This document shows positions 12,888-26,301 of a stretch of DNA of 64,000 bases, piece after piece. Position 1 is the first letter of the stretch. Each line of letters begins with the position of its first letter. The notes under the pieces were generated by a model. That model was not told where the DNA came from. It saw only the letters and a program-made list of their open reading frames with translations, and did not search any database. The stretch is from Octopus sinensis. Its lineage: Eukaryota. The DNA is taken from positions 38,750,001 through 38,814,000 of the forward strand of contig NC_043008.1 of NCBI RefSeq assembly GCF_006345805.1, in the 5' to 3' direction. Made by a program: the position numbers and the translations under genes.

Positions 12888-14301
12888 TATATATATACAT
12901 ACACATGTGGGTATATATATACATACTATGTATATATAAACACATGTGGTGTATACATACATACATACATATATATGTATACACACACACACACATATTA
13001 TATATATATATATGATGATTGCTTCATCTTGACAGATGATAGCTGTCCCAACAACACACACATCACACCCCATCACACAGAGCAATTTCTCCATTGACGA
13101 GCCCTCAGATGATTTTTAAGACCAGTAGAAAGGATTATTATTATTATTATTATTATTATTTCTGATATACTGGAAATCCCTTACAGCAAGAGGTGGGAAC
13201 ATTTAACAAGGGACTCATTGTATTCACAAAAGAACATCTCAACAATGTGTAACTTTACACATGCCAAATGGGAATGAGTCCAATATTTAGATAATATTTA
13301 AAAAAATATATGAAATATTTTATTAATATATCCACCAGTGCAATAAAACCAGCTAGATATCCCATCCAACTATGGGTGGTCTGCATAAAGTCACTTCAGA
13401 ATAAGAGATGTAAATTTGTTCTTGTTTAGTGTAGCAAGTGAAATAAAGACTACTTTGAATTGAACCAGGGTCTCAAAACAAACTCACTTTGCATAGAATT
13501 GGACTGTTTGCACCATGAATATTATAACCACAATAGCATCTTTTATTTTATTTTATTTTTGTCCGCATCAGTCACTCTTTCTGTATCATAGCTCTTTATG
13601 TTTGTTTTAAACGTAGCAAACAGAAAAAAATGTACCCACCATAGTCACTACTCCATCACTATTATTCTACCAATCTCTAGTACTTTAATTTCACATTGAT
13701 TAATATACAACAAATAAAATGAATATAAATCAAATAACTAACTAAACTTGCTGTAAATGTCTGCCCTCACCTTTAGAAAATTGCTTTTTACTTGCGATTG
13801 TTGTTGTTGTTGATGTTTTTATTCTTCCTTTGTGTTTTTTTCTTTTCCTTTCCCACCATTTGTTGATTTTGGCAAAAGTAATGTTTCTGTGTTGATATAT
13901 TTGCAGCTCTTGCAACCATCCTAGTTACCAGACTGTTGTTTATCTGTTATGTATACACGTATATACATACATCTATGTACATTAATATAGATATATATAT
14001 ATATAATATATATATATTATATATTATTATATGTATGTTATACATATATATTTATATATATATTATACATATATGTATAATATATATATATATATTATAC
14101 ATACATATATATATATACATATACATATATATATATGTATGCAAACACAATATATATATGTATACATACTTATATATATATATACATATATATACAGACA
14201 TACATGCACATGTATATACAAACACCCACATATTACATATATAAATAGATATAATATGCATGTATATTTACATATATATATACACATAAATATATATGCA
14301 T

Positions 14302-14335
<34 letters not shown>

Positions 14336-14825
14336 GATACATATATATAAATACATATATATCTATACATATATATATATATATTATTTATATATATATA
14401 GTGTGGGTATGTATGTATATATTATAATATTTATGTATGTATAAATACATTGGTGTGCCTCTGGGTGATATTGTGTTTGTTTTTATATGGTAGTATGTAC
14501 GCATATTTGCAAGTATTCCCACAAGTACTATAACGAAACTTGTAAATCTTGCTATATGTGTGTGAGGCATGTGTGTGCACATGTGTGTATTTGTATGTGT
14601 ATGCATGTGTGCGAGTGCATGTGTATGTGTGTGTGCACATTTATGTGTGTGTGTGTATCTGTTATCATCTGTATTCGTATAAAAGTGTATTTATGCATAT
14701 ATTCGCAGCTATTTCCAGTATATACCAATCAGAATAGTCTATTTTATATAAGAATGTGTATAAATTTACATGTATATATATATATATATATATATTTATA
14801 TGTAAAAGAGTAAAAGAGTAAAAGA

Positions 14826-14864
<39 letters not shown>

Positions 14865-15593
14865 CATACATACACACGCACATATACATATGGGTGTGTG
14901 TGTACATATGTGTATACTATACGGTAGAGGGATGTGCGTGTGTAAATATATATACATATACATATATAAAATATCTATATATATATGTATATCATATATG
15001 TATATATATAAATGTACATATGTATTTTGTATAGACATATACATATAGATATATGTGCGTGTGCGTATATATACATTATATATATTATTTATATATATAT
15101 AATATATATATATTATTTATATATATATATACATATATTATATATACACACACACATATATGCATATATATATATAGACACACACAGACATGTATGTGTA
15201 TATTCATTTATCGTTGTGTGTCGGTACCAGTAGGTGCCTTAAAACAATTACACACGAAATACATAAATCATTTTCCTATTATTTTTCTCTATTTTTCCAT
15301 TTAAATCACTGCCACACTCCACCCACCTCCTCTATAGATCTCTCACTAAAGCCTCTTTATTATACAATACATTCCTCTTATCAGTTTCCCCCTCAGTGTG
15401 TGTATTCCCGCCACCTCTTTCTAAATATATACCATGTTATCTCTCTTTCCTTCTCTTTCCTTTTCTTTCCCTCTCCCTTCATTAATCCTCCTTTTCTCTT
15501 CCCTCGTACTCTTTCTTGCATTCATACACAATTCACATTGACATGTATGTCTAGTGCATATAATTTCGTATGTAGTATACAGACATATATTAA

Positions 15594-15656
<63 letters not shown>

Positions 15657-15659
15657 ATC

Positions 15660-15830
15660 ATCATATCATCATCATCATCAATCGTTTAACGTCCGTTCTC
15701 CATGCTAGCATGGGTTGGACGGTTCGACCGGGGTTCTGGGAAGCCAGAAGGCTGCACCAGGCTCCAGTCTAATCTGGCAATGTTTCTAAAGCTGGATGCC
15801 CTTCCTAACGCCAACCACTCCGTGGAGACA
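15660..15830 (-). mobile_element. SINE/RTE-tail family D, 3' fragment
   Basis: Colinear with 11048-11210. Confidence 0.75.
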
Positions 15831-15989
15831 TGCGCATATACATATATGTATATATACATATCTATGCATACATGTGCGTATATATGTACAGATATATATG
15901 TGTGAGTATGTGTGTGTACATGTTTAAGCATACATATTCATATGTATATAGGTATTTATACATATACATATATCATACGTACATTTATA

Positions 15990-16028
<39 letters not shown>

Positions 16029-16879
16029 TTATATATATATATATTTTATATATAATAATATTATATATATATTATATATAATATATTATTTATAATATAT
16101 AAATATATATAACATACATATGTTATAGATAGATAGATAAATTGATAGATAGATAGCTAGATAGATAGATAGATATGTAGGTATATAGAAAGAGAGAGAG
16201 AGAGAGTGAGAGATGCATACATTTGTATACATATATTTATATGTATGTATATACACTCATGCATGCACACCAGCATACATATACATACATACATATACAA
16301 ACTCGGCAGTTTACCTGTACTCTTATTTTTTTTATGCAATACTGGAAATCAGAAATGAAAATATTTGCTTATGGGAAATCAAAACAACAAATATATATAC
16401 ATACACACACATACTCACACATATATATGTATGTATATATGCATGTATATGTATGTATATACATATGTATATGTATATATGTATGTATTCATGTATGTAT
16501 ATGTATGTATCTATGTTTTTATATGTATGTATATATGTATGTCTCTCTCTATATTTAGTATCTTATGGCTGCAAAATTTGCAGGTTGTGTTATATTTAAA
16601 ATAAGAATTTATTCTCAGTTCTAATTGAGAGCAGTTAATAAGTGGGTACTTATTACTCCAAGGAGTAGTGAATGAACCTTATAATCAGTGAAAGCAATCA
16701 CCTATATTGTTGTTTATATGCTAAGAGCACAAGAAGATATTGGCATGTCTACTTAAAGTTCCACATTGAAAATGTTTAAAAAACTCTAGTTTAATCTATG
16801 AACAAAACATCCATATGCACAAGTGCCCATGGACACACACACAAACACATACGCATATACACACATATATACATATTCA

Positions 16880-17090
16880 TATATGTGACCGTGTGTGTAT
16901 CGTTAGCGATTTTCTTTCTCCCTCTTTCCTTCCTTGGATCTCTCCTATTTCTATGTTTTTGACGAAGTGCTCCACTCGAAACGTTAAATCCTCCTTCTTT
17001 CTTTCCTTTCCTGAGCGTCCAATAACACTACGCTTGTTCCATGTCCTTGCGTTGTTGTGTTTTCTCTTTGTTCGTGTTTGGATTAACTAT
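16880..17090 (+). mobile_element. Penelope-tail-like repeat with a degenerate HHR (16955-16990)
   Basis: gttt TTGACGA agtgctccactc GAAA c GTT aaat; core C3 mutated, stem II imperfect. Confidence 0.5.
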
Positions 17091-17129
17091 ATATAAATAT
17101 ATATGGGTATGTACTCATACTTACATTAG

Positions 17130-17245
17130 AATCTCCGAAGAGGCCATAAGATATTTTTGTTAATGTCTCATTTATACCTGCAATATATGGCTAATATAGG
17201 TTAAATGAGACATATCTATCTGCATGGCCGAAACAGCTGTCAGTA
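17130..17245 (+). ncRNA. Degenerate HHR-like motif with an extended, branched stem II
   Basis: CCGAAGA (17135-17141) GGCCAT...ATGGCC GAAA CAGCTG TC; nested hairpin atgtctcattta (17163-17174) / taaatgagacat (17202-17213); core U4 mutated and stem I weak. Confidence 0.35.
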
Positions 17246-17694
17246 ATAATGTATATGTATTTTTATATCTTGTTATATTTATTTAGTTATATCTCATTAT
17301 ATTGATTGTAATTATATTGATTGTAATTATTGTACTGTATTATTGTCTAATCTTAATGCTCTTGTGTAGTGTTTTAATAAAGTATATGATTCGGTATTAT
17401 CTGATAGTTGATGAATGGGTTAGATATATTTCTCCATTTTCTTATTTTGTATATATATATATATATATATATAGTTTCAGTCCCTTACCTTATTATTATT
17501 ATTATTATTATTAACTTCTTATAATCATCAATAATAATGACCTTTTTGACTCGTAATACTCTAAATGTATATTTTTGTCACTACCTTTCATAAATAGTCT
17601 TTTTATACCTGCAATATTCATTTTCGTTGACTTTTCTTATTTTACCCTTACACTTCCACGTGTACTTTATATTTTTTTTCAAAACATATTTCTG

Positions 17695-17745
<51 letters not shown>

Positions 17746-18311
17746 ATAAATAATATATATTTCTATGCATATATACATACGTATATGTACATACTTACAT
17801 CTAAATGTATATATGGATATCTGGGCACAGGACGTCACAAAACATGTAAAACAAAAAGTATGAAACACGAGTACATTTTCCATTTGTCTTTCGTTGTTTG
17901 AAAAAATAGTTCATGTTCCATGTACTTGTGCTTCGTACTTTTTTATTGTACACATTTCGTGTTTCATACTTTTAATACTTTTGATATTTATATAATAAAA
18001 ATTTTTTTTTTTTTAAATTAATAAATAAATAAATTAATAAATAAAATAATATATAAATATAAAAATATACATACATATATATATATATTTAAAATTTACA
18101 AGTTTAAATTATTTAAATAACTTTTTAAATTTTAACTTTTATATTTTTAAATTAATTTTATATATTGGCTTATGTTTTTCACTGTTTGATTTGCCTAATA
18201 GTGGTTTTATCTCTAATTTGATATAATATAATATAATATATTTATACTATAAGATTGGATTTAATCCTAAATCTAATTTTTCCCTGTAAGTTTGGATTTA
18301 TTCCCTAATAT

Positions 18312-18352
<41 letters not shown>

Positions 18353-18462
18353 TCATCATCATCGCCATCATTTAACGCCAATCTTCCTTGTATATACACA
18401 TATATACACAAACATATACATGTATATAGATGCACATATGTCTCTCTCTTGCTCTCTCACTG

Positions 18463-18499
<37 letters not shown>

Positions 18500-18581
18500 C
18501 ATACACATACATACACAAATCTATATGGAGAGAGATGGAGAGGAGGAGATGTAGAAAGGGAGAAATAATGAGTGAGAGAGG

Positions 18582-19375
18582 TACATAATCTCTTATTTGA
18601 AACCCTTGGAGTGAGGTAGGTTTTAGAATTCAGAATTTTCTTGGTCTTGGAAATGGTAATTCAATATATTCACAGATTATATCCTTGATTCTAAGTCATG
18701 TTCTAAGCTATAACCTAGATCAACCCCACAAATACTGAAAACAAAGATCACATTTGTAGATATCTCAATCCTAATTTGAACCTAAGTTTTGAGCCCACAT
18801 GGATATCACTAAACTGTATTGATAAATCTAGGCAAGTATGACTGTAAATGGTTTTTACTGTAAATGGATTTTACCAGCTTAGTATAATTATGAGGAAAAT
18901 ATTACTGCTTAGCTCTATAGATATAACAAAAATACATCCTAAACAAGATACCTACATACCAAGTACTTGTCAACATTACATAAACAGCCTTATGCAATAA
19001 TCTAGAGTTGTGTTCATTTGCATTATGAATATTCATACTGAGTGAAAAAGACTTGAAATAATATCGTAGTTTATTAGTATTGCAATAAACTGTTAAATAA
19101 AGTGAGAAAAATAGATGATACTATTACTAACATAGTTTATATTTCCGAGTTAAACACCCAGTAAAACTTTTTACATAAGCAGTCTCAGATGAAGCTAAGC
19201 ACATTTACATAAACTCGTAGTAAAGACACATTATACTTGGAGTGACGGTTCTCAAGACGAGGATACATTAACGTTGTCACAGTTGCTTTGACAATGACAG
19301 ATGCTTCCTTTTTCTTCTCACATTTTACTACCCAGGGGGAAGCCAGCAACTCTCTTTGACATTTTCAGTCTTCGA
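18582..19375 (-). mobile_element. pogo/Tigger4(Zombi)-like transposon remnant
   Basis: From ATG at 19362 the reverse strand reads MSKRVAGFPLG then, after a frameshift, KRKHLSLSKQ, like the Tigger4/TIGD2 N-terminus as recalled; 18585-18650 resembles the Zombi/MER46 end (cttatttgaaacccttgg..ttttagaattcagaattttc). Confidence 0.5.
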
Positions 19376-19412
19376 AGTCACAAGCACACAAAATAATAAC
19401 AAAAAATAATAA

Positions 19413-19830
19413 TAGGCGTAGGAGTGGAGTGGCTGTGTGGTAAGTAGCTTGCTTACCAACCACATGGTTCTGGGTTCAGTCCCACTGCGTGGCACCTTGG
19501 GCAAGTGTCTTCAACTATAGCCTTGGGTCAACCAAAGCCTTGTGAGTGGATTAGGTAGATGGAAACTGAAAGAAGCCTGTCGTATATATGTATATATATA
19601 TATATATGTGTATATGTTTGTGTGTCTATGTTTGTCCCCACAACATCACTTGACAACCGATGCTGGTGTGTTTACGTCCCTGTATCTTAGCAGTTCAGCT
19701 AAAGAGACTGATAGAGTAAGTACTAGGCTTACAAAGAATAAGTCCTGGGGTTGATTTGCTTGACTGAGGGCGGTGCTCCAGCATGGCCACAGTCAAATGA
19801 CTGAAACAAGTAAAAGAATAAATAGTAATA
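19413..19830 (+). mobile_element. SINE family B
   Basis: taggcgtaggagtgg..gtggctgtgtggtaagtagcttgcttaccaacc ... gactgaaacaagtaaaagaata. Confidence 0.85.
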
Positions 19831-20015
19831 ATAATAATAATAATAACTAATAGCAAGCAATAGAGACACATCTGACTGAGAGGACCATTGAGGCACAATT
19901 GGCTTGGGTTAAGTATGGGTCACATCCAGTTATGTTTGGCACAAAGCACAAAATTTGGTGTGCAGATGAGTTCTGTGTAAAACCTTTTGGACAAGGGATT
20001 GTGTGTGTATGTGTG

Positions 20016-20054
<39 letters not shown>

Positions 20055-20307
20055 TGGTAAGTGTGAGTGCCTCCTGTTTTAGATATTTATGGAAACCAGC
20101 GATCCTGCATCAAATTTTTATGGGAATTGTTGAAGAAAGTGAGGATCCATATAAAGAAATTAGAAATTAGATATGGTCTTGGTACATCAGAAATTATGTT
20201 TTCTGCTCAAAAATAACATAATGTCCTTCCTATTCATATCCTATGACTTTCTAGAAATAGAAGCTGAAATGGCCCTTAAATTATACCCTATGCTGTGAAG
20301 TACTAAC

Positions 20308-20468
20308 AGTACATTATTTACATTATGTACATTATTTACATTTGACAGATATTTGTCCTCATCCTGTTTGTTGTTAACACAACGTTTCAGCTGATATACC
20401 CTCCAGCCTTCATCAGGTGTCTTGGGGAAATTTCAAACCCGGGTTCTCATTCCTAAGGTATTTTTCAA

Positions 20469-20535
<67 letters not shown>

Positions 20536-20839
20536 GTTAAGGTCACAGTGGTTAGAACGCGGGCTACTAACCCCAAGATTCTGAGTTCGATTCCAAGCAG
20601 TGACCTGAACAATGATAATAATAATAATAATGATAGCATCGGAAAATACCTTAGGAATAAGAACCCAGGTTCGAAATTTGCCCGCGACACCTGATGAAAG
20701 GCTGGAGGGTATATCAGTCGAAACATTGCGTTAACAACAAACATGATAAGGACAAATATCCATCAAATGTAAATATTGTAAATAATGTACATAATGTACA
20801 TAATTCCTCGTCTCTTAAATATAGAACTGTATGTACTAA
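20308..20839 (+). mobile_element. tRNA-headed, HHR-tailed retroelement with an inverted 5' copy of its own tail; 10-bp TSD
   Basis: Inverted tail 20311-20470 (HHR 20376-20421, minus), (ATT)n, tRNA-like segment 20540-20610 (GAGTTCGATTCC B box), (AAT)n, forward tail with HHR 20686-20732; aagtactaac at 20298-20307 and 20840-20849. Confidence 0.75.
20376..20421 (-). ncRNA. Minimal type I hammerhead ribozyme
   Basis: Reverse strand GACAC CTGATGA a GGCTG gagggtatat CAGCT GAAA C GTT GTGTT: stem I GACAC/GUGUU, stem II GGCUG/CAGCU, palindromic ACGU stem III, GUU triplet. Confidence 0.7.
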
Positions 20840-21319
20840 AAGTACTAACGTTCACATTACATAACATGGTTCTAGTTAGTGATACTAAACTGAGCTGCAG
20901 TCCCCACTTCAGAACGTTGTAAGTTAACAAGGTTTTTGATAGACAGGAGAAATATCTTAATCTTGATGAAATTCTCTCTTTTTCTTTTTTGAAAAATATC
21001 TGCCCAGTCAGCATTTGGGAGGTGTAGGGTTCGATTCCCTATGGAAGCCTGCTGACCAAATCCTGTGCTGGTGACACATAAAAGGCGTCCACTTACACTC
21101 TTGTAGTTTTTTGGTGTTAGGAAGGGCATCAAGCTGTAGAAACCAAGCCAAAATCAGACTGGAGCTCTCCAGCTTACTGGTTCCATGCCAACATGGAAAA
21201 CAAAATCAATGAAGACGATGGTGGTGGTGGTGACAACAACAATGGTGATGATGATGATGCTGACGACGACGACTATGATGACGACGATGATAATGATATT
21301 GGTGGTAGTGATGATGATG

Positions 21320-21990
21320 CATCACCGCCGTTTAACGTCTGCTTTCCATGCTGGCATAGGTTGGATGGTTTAACTGAGAACTGGCGAGACAGAAGGGTGT
21401 ACGAGGCTCCAATCTGGTCTGGCAAGGTTTCTACAGCTGAATGCCCTTCCCAATGCCAACCACTCCAAAAGTGTAGTGGGTGCATTTTATGTGCCACCGG
21501 CATGAGGGCCAGTGAGGCAGTACTGGCATTGATCATGCTTGAATGAGGCTTTTTACATAAGGCTGGCACAGGACCAGTCAGGCAGCACTGGCATCAACCA
21601 CGCTCAAATGGTGCTTTATACATGTCAGTGGCACAGGAGCCAGTCAGGCAGCACCAGCAACAACCATGCTCAAATGGTACTTTTTATGTGCCACCAGTAT
21701 GGGACCAGTCAGGTAGCATTGGCATCAACTACACTCGAATGGTGCCTTATACATGTCACTGGCATGGGAGCCAGTTAAGCGACAGTGGCAACAACCATGC
21801 CCAGATGGTGCTTTTTATGTGCCACCAGCATGGGAGCCAGTCAGGTGGCACTGGCAGTGGCCATGCTCGAATGGTGCTTTTTACGTGCCACCAGCATGGG
21901 AGCAAGTCAGGTGGCACTGATTAGAAGTGGTCATGCTCAAATGATGCTTTTTACGTTCCACTGGCACAGGTGCCAGTCAGACAGTACTGG
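21320..21990 (-). mobile_element. SINE/RTE-tail family D with about 8 internal 63-70 nt tandem units
   Basis: Units beginning ttttatgtgccacc / ttttacgtgccacc repeat from about 21486 to 21980. Confidence 0.75.
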
Positions 21991-23443
21991 CATGTTTAAA
22001 AATATAAGTATGGTACCTGGTTTAAAAACTTTTTTTCTCAGAAAAATCACAATCCTACCTGCCAAATACTTTCCAGAGTACCCACTGACATTTGCCAACC
22101 CTAGTGAACTTACAATGCACCAAAGAATGCACTACAGCTTAGATTTAAGTACCATCAACTAGAACTACATTATCTAATGTGTACATTAGAATTTTAAACA
22201 ACATAGGGTGTAATTTAAGGGACATTTTAGCTTCTGTTTCTAGAAATTCATAGAATAATGTTATTGTTAAAGCCTTGTAAAACAGAGGAGAAAAATAATT
22301 AATATTTCATAGTCACAAATTTTAAGATATTAATTAAAAAACAATTTATTTAATAATGGTACAAGAGGACTTTTTATAAACCCCGAAGTAATTTAAGATT
22401 ATATGTATTCATCTTAAAGCTAATATTATGATGACTAAATTAAAAAGCTTTCTTAAAAACTCATTAACTAGGTTTTGCCTTAAAGGGCTTGAAAGAGCAA
22501 AGCAGAGCAGGAGAAAAATAAATAATAAAAAGGATGAGATTTGTTTTTGCAAAATTAAACTAAAACTTGTGAAATAACTAGTAAAATATTTTGAAATATT
22601 TATAAACTATCAATATGAAAAACAAGGAAATGGAGATATAGCATTTAATAAAGATTTCTTATTAACAAAAATCAAACCAAGGCTTTGGTTGGCTCAAGGT
22701 TATAGTAGAAGACACTAGCTCAAGGTGCCATGTAGTGGGACTGAACCCAGAAACATGTGATTGGGAAGCAACCGTCTTACCACACAACCACTCTTGTGCC
22801 TATTATCCATTATTTTATTTTGTTAAGTCTATAGAGTTTAATTTGAGGCAGATTTTAGCTAATATTTCTAAACATGTTGAGTAACTAAGTAAAGCAGATT
22901 TAGATAATTCTGCAGTGTTCCAACTGTTTTTACCTTTAATTACTTTCTGCATTATACAGGTAATGCTATTGCTTTGTTGTGTCACACAGTATTTATGCAA
23001 ACATTGGAACACATTATCACCAATACATTTAGAACCCAACCTGCTTTTGGTATGAGCACAACGGCCTGAAGTCTGGCACTTGGAATTAACCAATACCATT
23101 AACCCTATGTATTAGATTATATTGATACTGAAGGGTGAAAGGCAAATTTGGCATCGGTTATATTTCACCTCATAATGTAAAGAGACATAACTAAATACAG
23201 CATGGCATTTTATTTTATGCTTTACTGATGCTGCTAATCCATCAGCCTAGAATCTGGTGACCATTTCCAACTTTTATGCCTTTTATGCTATGATTTTACT
23301 CTGCTCAGGATTAATCTATTTCATCCTTACAATGCTTCTGAATAATGAAAGGCACTTATTGGTTTGACTATGGTGATAATAATGCGAGAATGGAACATAA
23401 TATATCATAGTATGTATTTATATATATAATATATATATCATAG

Positions 23444-24048
23444 TGGAGGCGCATGGCTTAGTGGTTAGGGCATCAGAATCATGATCATAAGATTGTGGTT
23501 TCGATTCCTGGACCTCGTGACACATTGTGTTCTTGAGCAAAACACTTCATTTCACGTTGCTCCAGTCCACTCAGCTGGCAAAAATGAGTAATGCTGCGAT
23601 GAACTTGCATCCTATCCAGCTAGGGAACACATACGCCATTGACCAGGCCTATGAGCATGGCTAGGCTCTAAAAGGGCACATTTATTTATCATTATTATAT
23701 ATATTATACATAGAATATATATGTGAAGGTGCGTGGCTTAGTGGTTAGGGCATTCAGCTCATGATTGTAAGGTCGTGAGTTCAATTCCCGGTGACACGTT
23801 GTGTCCTTGAGCAAGACACTTTATTTCACGTTGCTCCAGTCCACTCAGCTGGCAAAAATGAGTAGTACTTGTAATTAAAGGGGCCAGCCTTGTAACACTC
23901 TGTGTCACACTGAATCTCCCTGAGAACTATGTTAGGGGTACACATGTCTGTGCATTGCTCAGTCACTTGCATGTTAATTTCACGAGCAAGCTGCTCCATT
24001 GATCGTTTCAGCTGGGACCCTCGTTGTCGTAACCAACAGAGTGCTCCT
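23444..24048 (+). mobile_element. Two adjacent tRNA-derived SINEs (V/CORE-domain-like head, different tails)
   Basis: Both begin GG(A/T)GCG(C/T)GGCTTAGTGGTTAGGGCAT and share gtgt(t/c)cttgagcaa(a/g)acactt..tttcacgttgctccagtccactcagctggcaaaaatgagta; related copy at 26488-26810. Confidence 0.75.
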
Positions 24049-25242
24049 AATATATATACATATAAGGTGATGAGCTGGCAGAAATATTAGCATGGCTTAG
24101 TGGTGTCTCATTTGTCTTTACATTGTGAGTTCAAATTCCGCTGAGGTTGACTTTGCCTTTCATCTTTTCAAGGTCAATAAATTAAGTACCAGTTGCATAC
24201 AGGGGTCAATCTAATCGATTGGCCCCTCCTCAAAAATTTAGGTCCTTGTGCCTACACTAGAAAAGAACATATATATATTCTAATGATGGAATATCCCAGA
24301 AACAGTTGTAAGACTTTGAATTTTTTTCTAATAATAATAATGTATATTACTTGAGATATGTACCTTACCTTAACGTTTGTTGTTTTCTTTAACAATTATA
24401 TGTACATATATATAGGTGCAAAAGTAACTGTGTGATAAGAAGCTTGCTTTCCAACAACATGGTCTTGGGTTCAATTCCACTGTGTGACACCTTGGGTAGT
24501 GTCTTCTACTATAGCCTTGGACTAACCAATGATTTATGAGTGGATTTTGGTAGATGGAAACTAAAAGAAGCCCGTTGTATATGTATATATGTATATGCAT
24601 GTATTTTTGTGTTTGTCCTTGCCCCCACCCCATTACTTGACAACTGATGTTGGTGTTTCTACATCCCTGTAAAGTTCAGCAAAAGAGACCAATAGAATGA
24701 GCACTAGGCTTACAGAGAATAAGTCCTGCAGTCAGTTTGTTTGACTAAAGGCAGTGCTCCAGCATGGCAACAGTCAAAAGACTGAAACAAGTAAATGAAT
24801 TAAAAAAAAAGAATATAAATATATATATATATATATATACACATACACACACAAGGTGTGCTGAAAAGTCCCTGGCTTTATATTTCCATCTCAGCAGTTC
24901 TTTAGTTTTTCTAAGCCATGTAAAAGAGAACTCAGATGGTTGGCTGTCCAACCAGGCCTTTTACAATACCTTTAAAACCAGGAACTCTCACTACTTCCTG
25001 GTAGAAATTAACATGCAAGTAGCAGGACACTCGACAGACATGCATGGCTCTAAGTTCTCAAGGAGATTCAGTGTGACACACCAAATGTGACAAAGCTTGC
25101 CCCTTTGAATTACAGGTACAATTCATTTTTGCCTGTTGAGTTGATCAGAACAACATGAACCAAAGTGTCTCGCTCGACATCACAGTATATCACCAGATAT
25201 TGGGCTCCTTTGTTAAACACAATTTTGATTTATTCAATCATC

Positions 25243-25720
25243 AATCATCATTGTTTAACGTCCGCTTTCCATGCTAGCATGGGTCAGACGATTTGACTGA
25301 GGACTGGTGAACTAGATGGCTGCACCAGGCTCCAAACTGATCTGGCAGAGTTTCTATAGCTGGATGCCCTTCCTAACGCCAACCACTCCGAGAGTGTAGT
25401 GGGTGCTTTTACGTGTCACCGGCATGAGGGCCAGTAAGGCAGTACTGACAACAGCCATGCTCAAATGGTGCTTTTTATGTGCCACCTGCACAGGAGCCAG
25501 TCCAGCAGTACTGGCAATGACCTCGCTCAAATGTTTTTTCATGTGCCACCAGCACAAGTACCAGTAAGGTGACACTGGTAACGATCACGCTCAAATGGTG
25601 TTTTTTACGTGCCACCAGCACAGAAGCCAGTTAGCTGCTCTGGCAACAATCATGCTCCACTAGCATGGATGACAGTCATCGAATTTGATTTCAATTTCCC
25701 ATGCCTCAACAGGTCTTCGC
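25243..25720 (-). mobile_element. SINE/RTE-tail family D with about 4 internal tandem units
   Basis: Colinear with 11048-11480. Confidence 0.75.
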
Positions 25721-25827
25721 AAGCAGATTTTTAGTCTCTAGAATCAATCTATGTATAAGCTGAACCACAACTGCATCTATGATCAATCAATTCAAAAGTA
25801 ATTTTTTTCCATTAACATCCTGATCCT

Positions 25828-25876
<49 letters not shown>

Positions 25877-25958
25877 ACACACACACATACACACACACGC
25901 ACACACGCACACATTCCACACATGCACATCAATGTACAGAATTCATAAGATGCCCTAC

Positions 25959-26009
25959 CTGATACAATCTTCAGAGAATGGAACAAGTTCAGCAATGTAC
26001 TGTACTTAC
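25959..26009 (-). CDS. Candidate 51-nt exon whose first bases form a 5' splice site (recursive-splice-site / RS-exon architecture)
   Basis: Reverse strand ctaat ctccatattttctttgcttttttcag|GTAAGTACAG...GTATCAG|gtaggg; one open frame (phase 1-1) xKYSTLLNLFHSLKIVS. Confidence 0.5.
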
Positions 26010-26236
26010 CTGAAAAAAGCAAAGAAAATATGGAGATTAGTACAAAAATAATGGCTGAAGTACAAATACAACATTACATGAAACAATTGTATGTGTGTAT
26101 GTGTGTGTGGAGAGAGAGAGAGAAGCAAATAAAGATCTTGTCATCAGTCAAATATGCTAACACGTAAGCCATATGTCTTCTATAAATCTATTTGTCTGTA
26201 TGTCTATCTGTCTGTCTGACTGTCTATCTATCTATC

Positions 26237-26301
<65 letters not shown>

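Noticed and set aside
13480-13550. Minus-strand donor AAA|GTGAGT at about 13490
   Set aside because: No matching polypyrimidine/AG acceptor upstream.
20540-20610. Possible tRNA genes (also 11720-11790, 30710-30780, 55264-55330)
   Set aside because: A/B boxes are present, but acceptor stems are not closed and each runs into a repeat body; these are SINE heads.
21480-21985. CRISPR-like regularly spaced repeats
   Set aside because: Whole units are homologous (no unique spacers), they lie inside a SINE in eukaryotic DNA, and there are no cas genes.
20245-22250. Inverted ~45-bp matches at about 20250-20295 and 22202-22250 as TIRs of one 2-kb transposon
   Set aside because: The interior consists of unrelated younger insertions, with no TSD or transposase; two independent short repeat copies explain it equally well.
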